Virus record (IMG/VR): IMGVR_UViG_3300025466_000048
Span: 1-53,455 of that record
DNA from: a virus
Lineage: Duplodnaviria > Caudoviricetes
Length of the DNA: 53,455 nucleotides
Strand: one strand, 5' to 3'
Shown here: positions 1 through 8,519 of the stretch, in pieces
Layout: each line of letters begins with the position of its first letter
How positions within the stretch are numbered: the stretch's first letter is position 1
Translations under genes and position numbers: made by a program
The notes under the pieces: model-generated
What the model was told of the DNA's origin: nothing
What the model saw: the letters and a program-made list of their open reading frames with translations, nothing else
Database searches by the model: none

Positions 1-252
1 TACCAAAATGAACAGTGGCACAAAGCCGCAATCAGGTTTGGCGAGAAGTTGGCATCTGTTGGGCCTGTTGGCTATTACGAAATGGACGCAAAAGAATGGC
101 TTGATTGGGCTATGTCAACCGTACAAACTCGCACATGGGTAGGACTGACGGATGATGAATTTAATGAACTTTACGATAAATATGTTCCAGAATCTTGCTA
201 CGCATTGTTAATTGAAAAAGTAGAAGCCAAGCTGAAGGAGCGTAACCAATGA
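1..252 (+). CDS. 5'-truncated phage hypothetical protein (WVGLT...EAKLKE family)
   Basis: Frame open from base 1 (YQNEQWHKAAIRFGEKLASVGP...); C-terminus TWVGLTDDE...EAKLKERN shared with 249..446 and 51952..52311. Confidence 0.7.
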   Translation, partial: YQNEQWHKAAIRFGEKLASVGPVGYYEMDAKEWLDWAMSTVQTRTWVGLTDDEFNELYDKYVPESCYALLIEKVEAKLKERNQ

Positions 253-446
253 AGCCATGCCCAAGCTGTGGGGGTGACTGCGGTTACACCAAAAAGAAAG
301 GGTGTCAGTATCAATCTGGAGAGAGTGAATGGGTAGGACTGACAGAAGATGAAATCAAAGAATGCTTTGCCATAACTCCTGATCAGTTTTTGCCGTGGCA
401 AATCTACAAAAGAATTGAAATTAAGCTGAAGGAGCGCAACACATGA
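249..446 (+). CDS. small hypothetical protein, CxxC + WVGLT module
   Basis: ATGA overlap with upstream stop, AAGGAG RBS, paralogous C-terminus. Confidence 0.7.
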   Translation: MKPCPSCGGDCGYTKKKGCQYQSGESEWVGLTEDEIKECFAITPDQFLPWQIYKRIEIKLKERNT

Positions 447-709
447 CTGACAAAGAAGATAAACGATTTCAAACAAGATTGGCAACATTCATTATTGATG
501 GTCTTGATGCGACTGAAGCTGAAGACTTGGCGTATTCAATGATGATGCGTGATCGTGATGGCTATGATGATCGTCGTCTCTGTTACGAATGTGAACACTA
601 CAAAAATGGTTTATGCCACGCCATTCTTGACAAGAAGGGTAAGCCAACACAACAGTTGAGATTCATTCTCCAACGGTGCCCACAATTTAAACTTAAAGGA
701 ACTAAATGA
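443..709 (+). CDS. hypothetical Cys-rich protein
   Basis: Translationally coupled; DDRRLCYECEH...C...RC possible Zn site. Confidence 0.7.
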   Translation: MTDKEDKRFQTRLATFIIDGLDATEAEDLAYSMMMRDRDGYDDRRLCYECEHYKNGLCHAILDKKGKPTQQLRFILQRCPQFKLKGTK

Positions 710-1155
710 TTTACTGTGGAGTTGACCCTGGCTTCTCAGGCGCATGGGGAATGATCGACCACCACGGTGACTATTGGTCGTGTGGAGACATGATCCATAA
801 CGGTGACCACTTGTTGAGTCGTGACATCATTGCCGAGATGAAACAAGCCATCGAACGCCAAGACGTAGAGTTCATCTTAGAAGCCGTCCACGCCATGCCC
901 AAGCAAGGAGTCAGTTCCACATTCAAATTTGGTATGGCGTTTGGTTCTGCGATCACCATCATTGAACGGTTCTCAAAGGTGGTTCACATGGTCACACCAC
1001 AGCAATGGAAGAAGGACATGGGATTGACCTCCAACAAGGCCGATAGCATGGCTATGGCGCGAGAACTGTGGCCACTGGCACCCTTGCATAGGCAGAAGGA
1101 TAACGGACGCGCTGAGGCGCTTTTATTGGCTGAATGGTACAGGAGACAGACATGA
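706..1155 (+). CDS. RuvC-like Holliday junction resolvase
   Basis: GVDPG, LEAVHAMPKQGVSSTFKFG, TPQQWKK, DNGRAEALLLA acidic motifs. Confidence 0.88.
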   Translation: MIYCGVDPGFSGAWGMIDHHGDYWSCGDMIHNGDHLLSRDIIAEMKQAIERQDVEFILEAVHAMPKQGVSSTFKFGMAFGSAITIIERFSKVVHMVTPQQWKKDMGLTSNKADSMAMARELWPLAPLHRQKDNGRAEALLLAEWYRRQT

Positions 1156-1490
1156 AAGAGAAAGACATCAACGACGCGGTCACGCACATTTACACCCACG
1201 GCATGAAATACGCTGAGGCCAAGGGAGAATTAACTTACTTGGAAGAATTCAGGAAGAGTAAGAAGGCCATGCTGATGAAGACTGCTATGGAGAATGGGTG
1301 CAAGTCAGTTGCCGCGGCCGAAATGGAAGCCTACGCAGACGTCGAGTACATTGAGCTAATCAAAGGGCTTAGCGTGGCTGTAGAGAAGGCGGAGGGACTC
1401 AGGTGGGGCTTAGTAGCAGCACAGGCAAGGGTAGACGTCTGGCGCTCTTTGGAGGCCAGTAATCGCAATACAGATAGGGCAACAATGTGA
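1152..1490 (+). CDS. conserved helical phage protein
   Basis: AGGAG RBS and ATGA overlap at 1152; helical/coiled-coil composition. Confidence 0.7.
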   Translation: MKEKDINDAVTHIYTHGMKYAEAKGELTYLEEFRKSKKAMLMKTAMENGCKSVAAAEMEAYADVEYIELIKGLSVAVEKAEGLRWGLVAAQARVDVWRSLEASNRNTDRATM

Positions 1491-1759
1491 ACAATCAACT
1501 GACTGCAAAAGAAAAAGCCTACGTGGGGCTCGTGAAGCTCCTCCCTTGCTCAGTGTGTGATCAAGAGGGGCCAAGCGACGCCCACCACGTCAAACAGCAT
1601 AGGCAGTACACGGTCATAGCACTCTGTAAGAGTTGCCATCAAGGGAGCAAGATGGGTTGGCACGGGGAGAAAAGGGCTTGGGCTATAGCCAAGATGGATG
1701 AGATTGACGCATTAAACGTGACTGTCAAGAGGGTAGTGGAGTTGATTCATAACAGTTGA
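1487..1759 (+). CDS. Ref/DUF968-like HNH-type Zn nuclease
   Basis: CSVC...DAHH...IALCKSCH. Confidence 0.7.
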   Translation: MNNQLTAKEKAYVGLVKLLPCSVCDQEGPSDAHHVKQHRQYTVIALCKSCHQGSKMGWHGEKRAWAIAKMDEIDALNVTVKRVVELIHNS

Positions 1760-1775
1760 GTGGCAACAACTCCAC
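1760..1775 (+). repeat. dispersed 16-bp site GTGGCAACAACTCCAC (perfect, intergenic)
   Basis: Direct read; immediately after the stop of 1487..1759. Confidence 0.95.
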
Positions 1776-1838
1776 TTTAAGCAAAAAAGCAACAAACTAA
1801 AATATTTTCAATTATTTTACAAAAATAAGGGTTTCCCC

Positions 1839-1868
1839 TAGACAGAATATCTAATATTTTGTTAGACT
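1839..1868 (+). promoter_or_regulatory. putative sigma70 promoter
   Basis: TAGACA-18bp-TAGACT with TGn extension, AT-rich upstream. Confidence 0.5.
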
Positions 1869-1913
1869 ACAAGAACTGAAACAAATTCAGGTTTAACCAA
1901 AAAGGAAATTATC

Positions 1914-2234
1914 ATGATTACAGAAACACAAGCAACTATCCAAGCTCTCGCAACAGTAGAGTCTTTATCATCTGACATCGATGCACTCTACGTGCTCGAC
2001 CAACAAGCCAAAGCATTGGCTGACAAAGTCAAAGAATTAAAAGCTTCCATCGCCAACAAGTACGATGTAGGCACACACAAAGGCGAGTTGCACTCAGTCA
2101 ACGTTGCTCTCTTCGAAGTCAAGGGTACAGTTGACTATCAAGCTCTCTGTGTTGCATACGGTATCACAGAAGAAGTTCTCAACACCTTCCGCAAAGAAGG
2201 CCGTGCTGACATCCGCGTTACCCCCAAGAAGTAA
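1914..2234 (+). CDS. hypothetical protein
   Basis: AAGGA RBS; clean ORF followed by a hairpin. Confidence 0.75.
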   Translation: MITETQATIQALATVESLSSDIDALYVLDQQAKALADKVKELKASIANKYDVGTHKGELHSVNVALFEVKGTVDYQALCVAYGITEEVLNTFRKEGRADIRVTPKK

Positions 2235-2241
2235 ATTTAAT

Positions 2242-2255
2242 GCCCCTTCGGGGGC
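2242..2255 (+). other. GCCCC-TTCG-GGGGC stable hairpin (weak terminator or stabiliser)
   Basis: C(UUCG)G tetraloop; no U-tract. Confidence 0.5.
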
Positions 2256-2270
2256 TATAAGGAGATATTC

Positions 2271-2453
2271 ATGAGCGACTCAGTAAGAATTCAAGCAGAC
2301 GAAAATCGTGCAGTATATGTTGGACAATTTGATCAAGACATTTGGTTGTCCATTCAAGTGCATGGTGGGGGTGCCCACTGCGTTATCCCAAGGGATCAAG
2401 CTAAGATAATGCTTGAGACTTTACAAAACTTTTTAACAAAAGAGGTGATATGA
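2271..2453 (+). CDS. hypothetical protein
   Basis: TAAGGAG RBS. Confidence 0.65.
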   Translation: MSDSVRIQADENRAVYVGQFDQDIWLSIQVHGGGAHCVIPRDQAKIMLETLQNFLTKEVI

Positions 2454-3406
2454 ATGAGTTGGCTCTTTTCGCAGGCGCTGGTGGAGGCATTCTCGGAGGA
2501 CATCTGCTCGGATGGCGAACCGTCTGTGCAGTCGAGTGGGAACCCTACCCAGCAAGCGTATTGTGCGCCCGACAAAATGACAAAATTCTTCCGCCTTTCC
2601 CGATTTGGGATGACGTACAAACCTTTGACGGAAGACCGTGGCGAGGAATTGTGCAAGTCGTATCGGGAGGCTTTCCTTGCCAGGACATCAGTTCCGCAGG
2701 CAAGGGAGCTGGTATCTCAGGCAAGCGGTCAAGTATGTGGGGACACATGGCACGGATTATTGGCGAGGTACGACCCCAATTCGCATTCGTGGAAAACAGC
2801 CCAATGCTCACTGTTCGAGGACTTGGAGTTGTCCTTGGAGACCTTTCCGAAATGGGGTATGACTGTCGGTATGGAGTTGTATCCGCTTCCAGTGTTGGTG
2901 CAAACCACAAGCGAGACAGAATCTGGATTGTGGCCTACTCCCAACACATTGGAGGGACTGAAGCCCAAAAAGATAGAGAGAATTATGGAATACAACCAGA
3001 AAGCTCGTCCAGGTCGCAGTTATGCGTCAATGAATTTGAGGGAGCAAGTTGTTTACGGGAAACAACCGATATGGCCTACACCCAACGCATGGGACGGGAA
3101 GAGAGGTCCAATGAGCAAAGAATTGATGGAGTCGGGAGCACATCAGATTACCTTGGTAACTGCGGTGAAACACTTTCAAACTCCAGTAGCAAGAATGTTC
3201 AAGGACAATGGACAATCCCCTGCGGAGTTGAACAGAAACTCGGAGACATTGGCAATGCAAGCTGGTGGGAGTCTGAACCCAACGTGGGTAGAGTGGCTAA
3301 TGGGGTGGCCTCTAGGGTGGACAGACTTAAAGCCATTGGAAATGGACAAGTCCCACTCTGCGCTGCAACAGCATGGACATTATTAAATAAAAGGTTGGAG
3401 GAATAA
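2450..3406 (+). CDS. dcm: C5 cytosine DNA methyltransferase, alpha-like chain
   Basis: Motif I LFAGAGG, IV GGFPCQD, VI ENSP, VIII HKRDRIWIV, X RLKAIGNGQVP; motif IX not evident in this frame. Confidence 0.9.
   Translation: MNELALFAGAGGGILGGHLLGWRTVCAVEWEPYPASVLCARQNDKILPPFPIWDDVQTFDGRPWRGIVQVVSGGFPCQDISSAGKGAGISGKRSSMWGHMARIIGEVRPQFAFVENSPMLTVRGLGVVLGDLSEMGYDCRYGVVSASSVGANHKRDRIWIVAYSQHIGGTEAQKDRENYGIQPESSSRSQLCVNEFEGASCLRETTDMAYTQRMGREERSNEQRIDGVGSTSDYLGNCGETLSNSSSKNVQGQWTIPCGVEQKLGDIGNASWWESEPNVGRVANGVASRVDRLKAIGNGQVPLCAATAWTLLNKRLEE
2454..3386 (+). CDS. overprinted +1-frame ORF, putative methyltransferase beta chain (TRD + motif IX)
   Basis: 310 stop-free codons; WPTP repeats; LNPTWVEWLMGWP resembles motif IX; true start uncertain. 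Confidence 0.7.
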   Translation: MSWLFSQALVEAFSEDICSDGEPSVQSSGNPTQQAYCAPDKMTKFFRLSRFGMTYKPLTEDRGEELCKSYREAFLARTSVPQARELVSQASGQVCGDTWHGLLARYDPNSHSWKTAQCSLFEDLELSLETFPKWGMTVGMELYPLPVLVQTTSETESGLWPTPNTLEGLKPKKIERIMEYNQKARPGRSYASMNLREQVVYGKQPIWPTPNAWDGKRGPMSKELMESGAHQITLVTAVKHFQTPVARMFKDNGQSPAELNRNSETLAMQAGGSLNPTWVEWLMGWPLGWTDLKPLEMDKSHSALQQHGHY

Positions 3407-3408
3407 AA

Positions 3409-3615
3409 ATGGATAAAGATTATGTTTATACCCCAGCGGGCACCGACATCGCCATTCGGTGGAAGGCCATGGGATGGATACCACCAAGCGAGCAGCCAGA
3501 GTATCAACAGAAGTGGAAGTTCTACCAAGAGCTACCCATGAGAAAGTTAGACGATAATGCCAAGAAAGAGTATGAGGCAGTCATGCGTAAGGCCAAAGTA
3601 GCAAGGATTAAATAA
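3409..3615 (+). CDS. hypothetical protein
   Basis: GGAGG RBS. Confidence 0.7.
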   Translation: MDKDYVYTPAGTDIAIRWKAMGWIPPSEQPEYQQKWKFYQELPMRKLDDNAKKEYEAVMRKAKVARIK

Positions 3616-3875
3616 TGGGATTTGCAAAACAAATATCTCCAACTAATCGAATACTTGAGCAACTAGACTTAAGTGAAAAAGTTCATCGCCTTGGCATGAT
3701 AGTTCCATTAGAGTTCAAAAACGAAGAGGGAAACAATCTAGCAATCTGCTCATCATGCTATGTTTTTAGCGCTCAAAAATTGCAAGAGTTTGTTTCTGAG
3801 ATTGTTGATTTCTCATACGATGAAACTTTTAATTTGATTAAAAGAAAAATGAGACAGATGGAGGAAACAGAATAA
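3615..3875 (+). CDS. hypothetical protein
   Basis: TAATG coupling at both ends. Confidence 0.6.
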   Translation: MGFAKQISPTNRILEQLDLSEKVHRLGMIVPLEFKNEEGNNLAICSSCYVFSAQKLQEFVSEIVDFSYDETFNLIKRKMRQMEETE

Positions 3876-4171
3876 TGGAAAAGAAAGAACTCAGTGGGTT
3901 GGCTCGCCAACTCCTACAAACATCAGGGGCTCAGACGTTCTTCACTCAGGCAGAGTTTGACGATGCCATAGCAATAGCCCAGGCAGAGATCATGCACATA
4001 GCAGTGGAGACCACCAAGAAAGCCATCTTTATTGAGCGCCAAGCATGCGCAGAATTGGCATTGCAAGGCACGGATGAGCCTGTACTGATCAAAACATTGG
4101 AAATACTCCAAGCAGAGCGTCAACGCATTCATGATGCCATCCTGAACCGCATACCATCACAAAGGCAGTAG
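3875..4171 (+). CDS. hypothetical protein (ERxAC motif)
   Basis: Coupled ORF; ERQACAELA resembles the 52-53 kb paralogues. Confidence 0.65.
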   Translation: MEKKELSGLARQLLQTSGAQTFFTQAEFDDAIAIAQAEIMHIAVETTKKAIFIERQACAELALQGTDEPVLIKTLEILQAERQRIHDAILNRIPSQRQ

Positions 4172-4261
4172 TATGAAAGACAAAACTGAATGGGCTCTAT
4201 ACTTGACGTATGTTTTTGCAGTTGTGGTGATCTTATTGGACATGCTATTTTGGAGGCAAGG

Positions 4262-4504
4262 ATGAACGATAAAGAAAGAGAAGAGTTAGATCAAAAGTTC
4301 GAGGAAGAGTACCAACGCATGGTGAGGCGCAATGACTGGAACGCAACCATCAGGATGGAGGTACCTTTGACCACCAAGCTTGTAATCCCTGACATGTTCA
4401 GGAATGCAGTATTGGAAGAAGTCGCGCTAGAGTTTGACAAGCTGAAGAACTTCGGAGATACAAGCCAATCGTTCGCAGCCTTTGTTCGAGGTATGAAGAA
4501 ATGA
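4262..4504 (+). CDS. hypothetical protein
   Basis: GGAGG RBS before ATG 4262; RNAVLEEVA motif. Confidence 0.6.
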   Translation: MNDKEREELDQKFEEEYQRMVRRNDWNATIRMEVPLTTKLVIPDMFRNAVLEEVALEFDKLKNFGDTSQSFAAFVRGMKK

Positions 4505-4658
4505 TCAATCCACCATCAAAGGATGTATGTTTGTATTTATCTCGTTATTACAACGAGCGAACAGGAAAACAATTCGAAAAGCTGTCATGGATGTGGCTTC
4601 TCTGTTGGGGGTTTTACGATCATTGGGTAGAAGACTGGTTACAAACAGAGGATTAAAT

Positions 4659-4916
4659 ATGGCAACCGCAACAAAAAAAGTGGCAACAACTCCACCCAAG
4701 AAGGCAGTGGCAACAACTCCAAAAAAAGAGAAGGTGGTAACGTTACCAGAGAAGATGTATTCCATGCCTGAAGAGGTTAAGGAATGGATAGACCAAGCCA
4801 TGAGTCGAATGAGGCACATGCAAGGAGAAATCTCGCGCCTCAAGGAAGAGAACGCACAACTCAAAGCCTATAGGAAGTTCGCAGAGCATAGAATCTTGAG
4901 AAGCGAAGCAGAATAA
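4659..4916 (+). CDS. hypothetical coiled-coil protein with Lys-rich N-tail
   Basis: GAGG RBS before ATG 4659; N-tail encoded by two 16-bp sites. Confidence 0.7.
   Translation: MATATKKVATTPPKKAVATTPKKEKVVTLPEKMYSMPEEVKEWIDQAMSRMRHMQGEISRLKEENAQLKAYRKFAEHRILRSEAE
4680..4722 (+). repeat. two 16-bp sites (4680 perfect, 4707 15/16), starts 27 bp apart
   Basis: Direct read; both read as VATTP. Confidence 0.95.
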
Positions 4917-5027
4917 GATAAACTTCAGGCTATGCACTGAAATATCGTGCGAAAGGACTGAAATCATGTCGTTAACACTAAAGTTATCAATTGGAAATAA
5001 ACAATTTAAAAATATTGGGAGGAGAGT

Positions 5028-5393
5028 ATGACTCCTAATAGGAAGGGCGCGGGGAGACCATCAGGAAGCCCCAACAAGGCAACATCAGACGCTAGGATAG
5101 CTATAGCTTCATTTGTGGATGGAAACGCTTATAGGCTCTCTGGATGGCTTGATCAAGTAGCCAATGGAGTTCCTAAGTTGGATGAGGATGGTAATCCTAC
5201 AGGGGAGTATGTCATACCACCGAATCCAGCGAAGGCGTTTGACCTGTTCCAAAGCGTAGTGGAGTATCACATCCCCAAACTGGCAAGGACTGAGTTGACT
5301 GGATCAGATACAGCACCAGTGATCATTGAGCACAACATCAATGTGTTTGGCCAGTTGTTGGAGAACATCAAGGCTTCGAGGCAATCCCAATGA
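5028..5393 (+). CDS. terS: terminase small subunit (putative)
   Basis: GAGRPSGSPNK N-terminus, YHIPKL...ELTG; upstream of terL. Confidence 0.7.
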   Translation: MTPNRKGAGRPSGSPNKATSDARIAIASFVDGNAYRLSGWLDQVANGVPKLDEDGNPTGEYVIPPNPAKAFDLFQSVVEYHIPKLARTELTGSDTAPVIIEHNINVFGQLLENIKASRQSQ

Positions 5394-5653
5394 AGTTCCG
5401 CAAGAAGCCTGTGGTGATCGAAGCCACGCAGTGGTTCAAGATGGGAGATCACCCGATGGTCTATGAGGTCATGGGTAATCCCAAGGAGATCAATGGATGG
5501 ATTAGGATTATTCCAACAGGAGAATACGCCATCAAAACCCTTGAAGGCCATCACATTGTCAGTACAGGCGACTGGATCATCACTGGCGTGAAGGGTGAGC
5601 ACTATCCATGTAAGCCAGACATCTTTGAGATGACTTATGAGGTGGCAGAATGA
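5390..5653 (+). CDS. PGDYG-like conserved phage protein
   Basis: FRKKPVVIEA...TLEG...GDWIITGVKGEHYPCKPDIF. Confidence 0.75.
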   Translation: MKFRKKPVVIEATQWFKMGDHPMVYEVMGNPKEINGWIRIIPTGEYAIKTLEGHHIVSTGDWIITGVKGEHYPCKPDIFEMTYEVAE

Positions 5654-5669
5654 ACCACTTCAAGCATAG

Positions 5670-7103
5670 ATGAGCGAAGTCATTGACGAAGTCCTCCTAG
5701 ACCCCAAGACTCAGGAGGAGTTCTATAAGCTATCAGTAGTCGATCAGACAGTATTCCTATGGCAGTATCAGTGGCTGAAAGAGAAGGCGCATAAGCACCA
5801 GATTGAGCCATCAGGGGATTGGTGGAGTATTTGGCTGATGCTCGCTGGTCGTGGGGCAGGCAAGACTAGAGCCGCCTCGGAATGCTTGGCATGGTGGGCA
5901 TGGAGTCAGCCTGGTACCCGTTGGCTAGTATCGGCTCCAACTTCAGGGGACTTGAAGGGCACATGCTTTGAGGGTGACTCAGGGTTGATGACCATCATCC
6001 CCCCAATGCTGATTGAGAAGTACAACTCCAGTCTGCATGAGATACACTTGACGAATGGATCCTTCATCAAGGGGATCGCAGCGTCCGAGCCTGAGCGCTT
6101 CCGTGGCCCTCAGTTCCATGGTGGATGGTGTGATGAGTTGGCAGCGTGGGAGTACATCCAAGAAGCTTGGGATATGATGCAGTTCGGCCTCCGACTGGGT
6201 AAGAAGACCAAGCTGATCTGCACCACAACTCCAAAGCCCAAAGACTTGATCCTTGATTTGGTCGGACGTGAGGGGGATGACGTGGCCATCACACGGGCAT
6301 CGACCTACTCGAACATCAAGAATCTGGCGGAGAACTTCCAGAAGCAGATCCTTCAGTATGAGTCCACCAAGCTCGGACGGCAAGAGATCTATGCTGAGTT
6401 GATCGACCCAGAGGCGGATGGTATCGTCAAGAGGGATTGGTTCAGACTATGGCCAGATGGCAAGCCCTTTCCCAAGCTTGAGTATGTCATCCAATCCTAT
6501 GACTGCGCAACCTCGGACAAGACATACAACGATCCTACAGGATCAATCACGCTAGGCGTGTTCAAGCCACTGGATGGAGGTATGTGCGTCATGGTGCTCG
6601 ACTGTTGGCAAGAACACCTCCAATACCCTGATCTCCGCCCCAAAGTCCTTGAGGAGTTCGAGGTGGCGTATGGAGAAGGAAGGGAGAAGAAGCTCGTAGA
6701 CGTGGTTCTGGTGGAGGACAAGTCCGCTGGCATCTCATTGATCCAAGACTTACAGAGGGCGCACATCCCAGTCATTGCATACAACCCTGGGCGAGCCGAC
6801 AAGATACAACGCCTCTCCATCGTGGCAAACATCATCAAAGCAGGACGAGTGTGGGTGCCTGAGTCATCCGTCCGTAAAGGATACGTAAAGGACTGGGCTG
6901 AAGGCATGGTGAGCCAGATCTGCTCGTTCCCTGAGACGGCTCATGATGAGTTCGTGGACTGCATCAGCCAAGGGCTCAGATACCTCAGAGACGCTGGATG
7001 GATCAGCATTGACATGCCAAGGCGTGATCCTTATGATGACTCAGACATTTTGGATGCGGATGAGCATAACAACAGAAGCCGAGCCAACCCATATGCACAG
7101 TAA
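5670..7103 (+). CDS. terL: terminase large subunit
   Basis: Walker A AGRGAGKT, Walker B WCDE, TTTP coupling motif, nuclease SYD...HDEFVD. Confidence 0.95.
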   Translation: MSEVIDEVLLDPKTQEEFYKLSVVDQTVFLWQYQWLKEKAHKHQIEPSGDWWSIWLMLAGRGAGKTRAASECLAWWAWSQPGTRWLVSAPTSGDLKGTCFEGDSGLMTIIPPMLIEKYNSSLHEIHLTNGSFIKGIAASEPERFRGPQFHGGWCDELAAWEYIQEAWDMMQFGLRLGKKTKLICTTTPKPKDLILDLVGREGDDVAITRASTYSNIKNLAENFQKQILQYESTKLGRQEIYAELIDPEADGIVKRDWFRLWPDGKPFPKLEYVIQSYDCATSDKTYNDPTGSITLGVFKPLDGGMCVMVLDCWQEHLQYPDLRPKVLEEFEVAYGEGREKKLVDVVLVEDKSAGISLIQDLQRAHIPVIAYNPGRADKIQRLSIVANIIKAGRVWVPESSVRKGYVKDWAEGMVSQICSFPETAHDEFVDCISQGLRYLRDAGWISIDMPRRDPYDDSDILDADEHNNRSRANPYAQ

Positions 7104-7104
7104 G

Positions 7105-7136
7105 GTGGCAACAACTCCACGTGGCAACAACTCCAC
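7105..7136 (+). repeat. two abutting perfect 16-bp sites
   Basis: GTGGCAACAACTCCAC x2 just after the terL stop. Confidence 0.95.
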
Positions 7137-7141
7137 TAGGG

Positions 7142-7170
7142 TTGAACATAATCAGGATAGAAGGCATAAT
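7142..7170 (+). promoter_or_regulatory. putative sigma70 promoter
   Basis: TTGAAC-17bp-CATAAT upstream of 7197. Confidence 0.5.
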
Positions 7171-7196
7171 GCAATCTATCCACTCTCATTCAGACC

Positions 7197-8519
7197 ATGG
7201 CTAAAAAACCCACACTAGACGAAATGCGCCTTGCCTTGAGTAAGGGTAAGACTAAGCATGAGCACGCTCATGAGAAGGCTAGACTTAACGCCATCAAGAT
7301 GCTTGGGTTACATGAAAAGAACACGGCTCAAGACCGAGCCAAAGCTATGGGCATGAACACAGATGTTTATCATGGGTCAAAGCAAGACATAAAAGGCGGA
7401 TTTAGCCCTGGCTATGACGACGAACTGTCTTTTGTAACGCCACATCCTGAGTTTGCTAATAAGTGGATAGGCAAAGGTAAATTCAACGAACGCACAGGCG
7501 ATCAAGCCAAAGCTGAAAGAGATGTTGCTGACGCTTTGTACAAGCAAATTAAATACAAAAACATGGATTATGAAAGCCTTGATAAATTAAAGGGCGATGA
7601 ATTCCATAATGAATATGACCGAAGAAATGCATTATCTAAATTTGATCTTGCAAAAGAATTTGGAACTCAAGGTCATCCAATGGGATTACATAACACTGTG
7701 TATCCATTAAAAATAAAGGCACACAAGACTTTTAATCCTGAAACAGACATGCATGTGATGGAAGAGTTCTTTAGAAATAATGGAATTCCACAAAGTAATA
7801 TTGATCTGTATAAAACTGGCAATTACATGATGTACGAGACTAAACCAGTTGTTAACTATTTGAAGAGCAAAGGCTATGACTCAATGAGATTACGTGAGTC
7901 AACTGATGATAATTACCCAACAATTGCTGTGTTTGATCCAAAACATGTTCGCTCAAGATTTGCAGCGTTTGATCCTGCTAGAGAGCATGAAAACGATTTG
8001 CTTGCTGCCAAAGGCGGTGAGGTGTTGCCCCATCATCAGCGTGAGGCAAATAAGGCTAAGTTCCTTGAGTCAAGTGCCGTTAAAGATAGGGTGTTTCATG
8101 GAACTACAAAAGACTTTACGGCATTTAAAAAGGGTCGAAACTGGTTTTCAACTGACCCAGAGTATGCCAACATTTATGGCGGAGAACTAACTGAAAATCA
8201 TGGTGAGAATGGAAGAGTAATGCCTTTACATGTTCAAGCCAAGAATCCAAAGACATTTCATGCATCACAAAAAGGAATGATGGAATGGACTAAATCTGAG
8301 CATCATGATCAACATTTAAAACGCAAAGGGCATGATTCAGTTTTATTTGTTGACGACAATGGCAAAGTTGCAACTGGATATACATTTGAACCAACTCAGA
8401 TTAAGTCAGCCATCGGTAACCGTGGCACATACGACGTCAATGAGCCAGACATTACAAAAGCCAAGGGTGGACAAGTCACCCACGCACATCATTTAGAAAT
8501 AGAGGAGCGCCCGTTATGA
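7197..8519 (+). CDS. polyvalent protein with two ADP-ribosyltransferase-like (ART-PolyVal-like) domains
   Basis: Two copies of the (Y/F)HG...F.T....A...V.PL...LK.KG.DS...F.P...S pattern. Confidence 0.7.
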   Translation: MAKKPTLDEMRLALSKGKTKHEHAHEKARLNAIKMLGLHEKNTAQDRAKAMGMNTDVYHGSKQDIKGGFSPGYDDELSFVTPHPEFANKWIGKGKFNERTGDQAKAERDVADALYKQIKYKNMDYESLDKLKGDEFHNEYDRRNALSKFDLAKEFGTQGHPMGLHNTVYPLKIKAHKTFNPETDMHVMEEFFRNNGIPQSNIDLYKTGNYMMYETKPVVNYLKSKGYDSMRLRESTDDNYPTIAVFDPKHVRSRFAAFDPAREHENDLLAAKGGEVLPHHQREANKAKFLESSAVKDRVFHGTTKDFTAFKKGRNWFSTDPEYANIYGGELTENHGENGRVMPLHVQAKNPKTFHASQKGMMEWTKSEHHDQHLKRKGHDSVLFVDDNGKVATGYTFEPTQIKSAIGNRGTYDVNEPDITKAKGGQVTHAHHLEIEERPL

